Shown in pieces: positions 59,634 to 64,000 of a DNA stretch of 64,000 bases. The position numbers and the translations under genes were made by a program. Below the pieces are notes generated by a model, which saw only the letters and a program-made list of their open reading frames with translations, was not told where the DNA came from and did no database searches. The DNA is from an uncultured Elusimicrobia bacterium (lineage in GTDB: Bacteria > Elusimicrobiota > Elusimicrobia > 2-01-FULL-59-12): NCBI GenBank assembly GCA_963702895.1, contig OY969767.1, positions 256,001 to 320,000 on the forward strand, in the 5' to 3' direction. The stretch's first letter is position 1. The number at the start of each line of letters is the position of its first letter.

Positions 59634-60152
59634 CTAGTGAATCACGCCGATTTTGCGGATGGCGGTGGCGATGCCTTGAGGGGTCTCAACTTCAATCTGA
59701 GCCAGGTAGCCGCCTTTGGAGACTTTCTGACCGGCCTCGTTGGTCCCGTCCCAGAGAAAGGAGTTCGCTCCGGATCGGGAACCCTCCTGTCCGGGTGAGA
59801 ATTCCCAGCGCCGCACGCGAAAACCCAGAAGGTCATAGAGCGTCACCCGAACAGGAGCGTCCCGGTCCAGGACGTAGGAGACCCGAGTCTGGCCCTCCGG
59901 CCCGGGTTTCCGCGAATCAAAAGGGTTGGGGGCGTTTGTGACCTCGGACAAGAGAGCCCGCGGGAGCGCAGGGGGTGTCGTTCGATGCACCGTTGGAATG
60001 TTCGAGCGCATCCCAGGAAGATGAATCAATGGATTTCCCGGGACATAGGCCATGGCGACCTCATCCACGACGGCTCTTTGCTCTGTTGTCCCGAAACAAG
60101 TCCCCGCCAGCAGTGGCACGAGGATCCCTATATAGGCCATTGATTTTTTCAC
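59634..60152 (-). CDS. Small exported FlgD-Ig/CTD-like protein
   Basis: Signal peptide, 'NAPNPF', 'LYDLLG..VR', 'WDGTNEAGQKVSKGGY'. Confidence 0.75.
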   Translation of the reverse strand: MKKSMAYIGILVPLLAGTCFGTTEQRAVVDEVAMAYVPGNPLIHLPGMRSNIPTVHRTTPPALPRALLSEVTNAPNPFDSRKPGPEGQTRVSYVLDRDAPVRVTLYDLLGFRVRRWEFSPGQEGSRSGANSFLWDGTNEAGQKVSKGGYLAQIEVETPQGIATAIRKIGVIH

Positions 60153-60245
60153 GATGTCAGTCTAGCCTATGAATGTTACAAGAGGATGTCGTCCATAGGC
60201 GAAATTGACAAGAGGTTCAAAAAACGCCTAGAATGCGAGCCGTTT

Positions 60246-60845
60246 ATGTCTGCTGATGTGTTGGTCTTAAATCGCAATTTCTGCGCTGTGCACATCGCCA
60301 ATTGGCGGCGTGCCCTTTCCCTGGTGTACTTAGACCACGCCCGTGTCGTTGACCAAGAATACCGCACCTATAATTTTGAGGATTGGCGAGAGCTTTCGCA
60401 GCTCATCGACGATCATCCTTCCGGCTATGTCACAACACCTCGCTTCCGGCTTGCCATCCCCGAAGTGATCGTCCTGCAGCGCTATGACAAAATGCCCGCG
60501 GGCGAGGTGAAATTCACGCGCCGCAATATTTATGAGCATTACGGGTACCGATGCTGTTACTGCGGCACACGGTTCAGCACCCACGAACTAAATCTTGAAC
60601 ATGTCCTTCCCAAATCGCGCGGCGGCAAGACGGACTGGAATAATATTGTGACGGCCTGTGTGCCCTGCAATTTGCGTAAAGCCGACAAGCTTCCTGAAGA
60701 AGTCAACATGAGACTTCTCATCCGGCCGTCTCGCCCCAGGTGGAAGGGGAGCGCGACGCTCGTTCTCAAGGCGCCTTTTAAGATGAAAGCCTCCTGGCAG
60801 CGCTTCATCGATAACGTATACTGGAATACCGAGCTCGAACCTTAA
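60246..60845 (+). CDS. HNH endonuclease (McrA-like, 'VLVLN' type)
   Basis: 'FTRRNIY', 'CCYCG', 'EHVLPKSRGG', 'NIVTACVPCN..K'. Confidence 0.9.
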   Translation: MSADVLVLNRNFCAVHIANWRRALSLVYLDHARVVDQEYRTYNFEDWRELSQLIDDHPSGYVTTPRFRLAIPEVIVLQRYDKMPAGEVKFTRRNIYEHYGYRCCYCGTRFSTHELNLEHVLPKSRGGKTDWNNIVTACVPCNLRKADKLPEEVNMRLLIRPSRPRWKGSATLVLKAPFKMKASWQRFIDNVYWNTELEP

Positions 60846-60852
60846 ATCGACC

Positions 60853-61398
60853 ATGGCCCCATCTATTTATCTCATCGTCGCCTTCGGAAAAGACCGTCCG
60901 GGAATTGTGGCGGCTGTGTCCCGTGTGCTTTTTGAGGGGGGCGCCAATATCGAGGACGCGAGCATGACCCGTTTGGGGGGGGAGTTTGCCATGATGCTCG
61001 TGGCCTCCTTCCCATCGGCGAAAAACCGTGGCCTGACAACCAAAGGTTTGGCAGCGCTGAAGAAACAAATGGGTTTGGACGTTTCCCTCAAGCCTCTAAC
61101 GTCGGCGGATGTGCATCGAAAGTACCTGGAACCGCCTCACTATCTCTTGTCGGTCTATGGGATCGATCATCCCGGCATTGTGGCGGATATCACGCGCGCC
61201 CTGGCCAAGCACAAGATCAACGTGACCGATCTACAGACCAAAGTAACAGGGGGGCAGAAACCGTTGTATGTGATGCTCTTGGAGCTCGCCGCACCGCCCT
61301 CCGCTGATATGGAAGGTGTGCGCGCTGATCTCGATGACCTCAGGCAGAAGCTGAAAGTCGAAATCTCCCTGCAGGACATCGAGCCGGTTGCCCTCTAG
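60853..61398 (+). CDS. Tandem ACT-domain protein (GcvR-like)
   Basis: 'GKDRPGIVA' and 'GIDHPGIVA' repeats. Confidence 0.85.
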   Translation: MAPSIYLIVAFGKDRPGIVAAVSRVLFEGGANIEDASMTRLGGEFAMMLVASFPSAKNRGLTTKGLAALKKQMGLDVSLKPLTSADVHRKYLEPPHYLLSVYGIDHPGIVADITRALAKHKINVTDLQTKVTGGQKPLYVMLLELAAPPSADMEGVRADLDDLRQKLKVEISLQDIEPVAL

Positions 61399-61406
61399 CG
61401 GCGGCT

Positions 61407-61910
61407 GTGATGCCACTCGACGTCCTTCAAGTTCCCCACCCGCTTCTTAAAACAAGGGCCCACCTGGTCGAACCTCACACCCCTGGCCTGCAAGAATTGA
61501 TCGATCGCCTTTTCGACACCCTGTACTTCCACCCACGGTGTGTGGGGATCGCGGCCAATCAAGTGGGCAAACCTTGGCGCCTGTTTGTCGCCGACGCTTC
61601 GAGGATCGACAAGCCTGGGACGCGCCATGGCCGGGTGGTGGTCCTCAACCCCTGGGTTGTGAAACGCGAAGGCCTTCACCTTCATCGAGAAGGCTGTTTA
61701 AGCGTCCCGGATTATACGGGCAATGTGCTTCGCTCGACGGCTGTGGTGGTCCATGGCAAGGACCGGGGAGGCAATGTCCTTGAGATCAAAGCGGACGGGT
61801 TTGAAGCGATGGTCTTTCAGCACGAGATTGACCACTTGGACGGCAAGGTGTTTCTGGATTGTGTAGGGAGCCTCGAGACGGACGTCTTCCGCCGCAAGAA
61901 GTACAGTTAA
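61407..61910 (+). CDS. def: Peptide deformylase (second paralogue)
   Basis: CVGIAANQVG, EGCLS and QHEIDH motifs. Confidence 0.9.
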   Translation: MMPLDVLQVPHPLLKTRAHLVEPHTPGLQELIDRLFDTLYFHPRCVGIAANQVGKPWRLFVADASRIDKPGTRHGRVVVLNPWVVKREGLHLHREGCLSVPDYTGNVLRSTAVVVHGKDRGGNVLEIKADGFEAMVFQHEIDHLDGKVFLDCVGSLETDVFRRKKYS

Positions 61911-61940
61911 CCCTGGATCTTCTGTTGATAATCATCTCGA

Positions 61941-62061
61941 CGTCACCCCGGCAAGTCGTAAGCCGGGGTCTATGATTGATAGGAAAGACATGATGGATCC
62001 GACACACTGCGGTCGGACGCCTGTTGTGTGGCGTCCCGGCTTACGACCTGCCGGGATGACG
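61941..62061 (+). repeat. Palindromic REP-like element, family A copy 5 (with nested hairpin)
   Basis: cgtcaccccggc..gccggggtc...ccgggatgacg between convergent genes; insert at 62001-62033. Confidence 0.85.
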
Positions 62062-62073
62062 GCACTAAGTTTT

Positions 62074-62736
62074 CTATTTTCGACGTTCGCTTCTCAGGTA
62101 AGCCCGGAGACCTGCTTTGGCGAAGGGGTTCCGTGTCGATCGCAGCGCCTTCTGCAAAGACATCCACTGATAGGATTCAATTTCTTCTCGTTCTAAGACG
62201 ATCCTTCCCGCTCCACGCTTGCCGAGAAAAACAAAACTGATCATATAACCGCCGCTGCGTCGAAAAACATCGCTGAAGACGCCCAGCAGCCGTCCGAGCC
62301 GGACCCGGACCCCTAACTCCTCATAGGCCTCCCGTCGGGCGCATTCCGCAGGGTGCTCCCCGTACCCCACAAAGCCTCCGGGAAGGTTCCAATATCCGCG
62401 GGTGAGTCCGCGCGCGGCCTTGACCATGAGGACTTTTCCATTTTCCACGATCGCGACTTTGGCGGCCGCGCGGGGCAGGCTGCGGTTGACCGCTCGCTGG
62501 ACCACAGGGGCCACATCCGCTCGTCCGATCACATCGTCCTTATGCATCCAATGGAACGGATGGCGCTTTAAGTGCGGCTTGCAGAAGAGGACCTGCCCTT
62601 CCCGGAACGGCATCCTGAATAAAGTCTGGATGCGGCAGGGGAGTTCGCGGCGACGCGATGGAAACGTCCAGCGCTTTCCGCGCTTGAGCAGGAAGATCTG
62701 TCCGTCACACTCGAGGTAGTAGTAAGTCTTTCGCAT
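62074..62736 (-). CDS. NUDIX hydrolase
   Basis: Nudix box 'GGFVGYGEHPAECARREAYEELG'. Confidence 0.88.
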   Translation of the reverse strand: MRKTYYYLECDGQIFLLKRGKRWTFPSRRRELPCRIQTLFRMPFREGQVLFCKPHLKRHPFHWMHKDDVIGRADVAPVVQRAVNRSLPRAAAKVAIVENGKVLMVKAARGLTRGYWNLPGGFVGYGEHPAECARREAYEELGVRVRLGRLLGVFSDVFRRSGGYMISFVFLGKRGAGRIVLEREEIESYQWMSLQKALRSTRNPFAKAGLRAYLRSERRK

Positions 62737-63676
62737 GATAGGTGATGATGAGATCGGCGCCCGCTCGGCGGATGCCCGTGAGAATTTCGGTGACGGTCCT
62801 CTTCTCGTCGATCAATCCCTTCTCGGCGGCCGCTTTGACCATGGCGTACTCCCCGGACACGTTGTAAGCGGCAATCGGGATGTGAAAACTTTCTTTGACA
62901 CGTCGGATGATGTCGAGATAAGCTAACGCGGGTTTCACCATGATGATGTCGGCCCCCTCTGCGATATCTTCGGCAACCTCGCGGAGCGCTTCCTCAGCGT
63001 TGGCGGGATTCATCTGGTAGGTCTGTCGATTGCCGAACCGGGGCGCGCTTTCGGCGGCTTCTCGGAAGGGCCCGTAGAACGCGGAGGCATACTTCGCTGA
63101 ATAACTCATGATGAGCTTCTGATGGAACCCCTTTTGATCCAAAGCTTTACGGATGGTCATCACCATGCCATCCATCATGCCCGAAGGCGCGATCACATCC
63201 GCCCCTGCGCGTGCCTGAGCGACGGCGGTCCGGGCGATCAGGCGCAGGGTTGCGTCATTGTCGACATCGCCGTTTCGGATAATCCCGCAATGGCCATGGG
63301 ATGTGTATTCACAGAAGCAGAGGTCCGCGGCCACAAGCATCTCCGGTAGGGCCGCTTTGAGCGCTCGAATCGCCTGCTGAACGATGCCTCGAGCGGCGTA
63401 AGCCTCACGTCCGCGCGCGTCTTTTCTGGAAGGAATGCCAAAGAGGAGCACGGAGGAGATCCCTCGGCGAAATAAGGATCTCGCCTCTTGAATCAGGAGA
63501 TCGATGGACAGTTGGTATTGGCCAGGCATCGATCCAATCGGCAAACGAACGTTCCGGCCAGGCCGAACAAAAAAAGGTGCGATAATGCGACGCACAGGAA
63601 GCTCTGATTCCTGAAGCCTGGTACGGACGAGGGAGTTAACGCGCAAGCGCCGTAATCGGGTGGCGGGGAATGCCAT
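62705..63676 (-). CDS. hemB: Porphobilinogen synthase
   Basis: 'DLCFCEYTSHGHCG', 'APSGMMDG', 'YGPFREA', 'MVKPA', 'YNVSGEYAM'. Confidence 0.97.
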   Translation of the reverse strand: MAFPATRLRRLRVNSLVRTRLQESELPVRRIIAPFFVRPGRNVRLPIGSMPGQYQLSIDLLIQEARSLFRRGISSVLLFGIPSRKDARGREAYAARGIVQQAIRALKAALPEMLVAADLCFCEYTSHGHCGIIRNGDVDNDATLRLIARTAVAQARAGADVIAPSGMMDGMVMTIRKALDQKGFHQKLIMSYSAKYASAFYGPFREAAESAPRFGNRQTYQMNPANAEEALREVAEDIAEGADIIMVKPALAYLDIIRRVKESFHIPIAAYNVSGEYAMVKAAAEKGLIDEKRTVTEILTGIRRAGADLIITYHAKDLLLPRV

Positions 63677-63737
63677 ACCCGGATTTTACAAAACTGGTTG
63701 TTTTTTAAACGTTCGCAGGATAGACTGGCATAGCTGA

Positions 63738-64000
63738 ATGATACGTTCGAGAGTCTTCGCTGTTGGGCTTCTTTTCCTTGCCGCCGCCTCCATGGTGGCG
63801 GTGGGCGTCTGGAATTTTACTCAAAACAAAAAGCATGCCTCTTCTGTTCATGAACAGTGGGCTGCGCGTGTCGCGCAGCGCATCGTGGCCGAGCGTAGGA
63901 CCATCACCATTTGGCTGGAAGACCTCCAAGGCTTAAGAAAAGAAGAGATCCGTCGCGAGCTCTTCCAGCAACCGGACTTTATCGGAGCTTATTGGTTTAA
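63738..64000 (+). CDS. Membrane-anchored protein, 3' truncated by window
   Basis: ATG 63738, MIRSRVFAVGLLFLAAASMVAVGVW TM, frame open to the window end. Confidence 0.5.
   Translation, partial: MIRSRVFAVGLLFLAAASMVAVGVWNFTQNKKHASSVHEQWAARVAQRIVAERRTITIWLEDLQGLRKEEIRRELFQQPDFIGAYWF

Noticed and set aside
60246..60845. HNH nuclease as a defence system or homing element
   Set aside because: Widespread stand-alone type; no methylase, intron, intein or other defence genes nearby
4011..62061. Repeats as a CRISPR array or as tRNA/ncRNA genes
   Set aside because: Copies are dispersed, with no repeat-spacer periodicity, no cas genes and no cloverleaf or known riboswitch consensus recognised

Overview
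GC-rich, gene-dense bacterial chromosome segment. The gene mix suggests an Elusimicrobiota-like diderm (inference only): GldF/G-like ABC genes, FlgD-Ig 'NxPNPF' cargo proteins, a PorV-like barrel and a giant multi-domain protein. The left third (1-22.7 kb) is mostly housekeeping and envelope genes (fbaB, ECF sigma/anti-sigma, def, accA, pfkA, tandem pilT, GH2-type hydrolase). The centre (22.7-59.3 kb) is a minus-strand phosphate-starvation super-cluster. It contains phoBR, two Pst operons each with its own phoU, a porin, and a polyphosphate operon (ROK kinase-ppx-ppk1-sixA-CHAD-phosphatase). Six Pho-box-like 11-bp direct repeats appear to extend the regulon to unexpected genes: a serine-palmitoyltransferase-like enzyme, a sensor-less histidine kinase paired with a PAS-PAS-6TM protein, and a 2766-aa giant protein. 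By motif reading the giant protein fuses TolC-like, LysM, HlyD/MFP-like and M50-like HExxH modules separated by internal signal-peptide-like segments; it is the best candidate for an undescribed system. Other signals are a PstB pair with complementary degenerate ATPase motifs, a pseudogenised 3'-end relic bracketing a spermidine-synthase-like gene, and several palindromic repeat families, some nested and some inside coding N-termini. No rRNA, tRNA, CRISPR array or transposase was seen. Domain calls are by eye and need HMM or structure confirmation.
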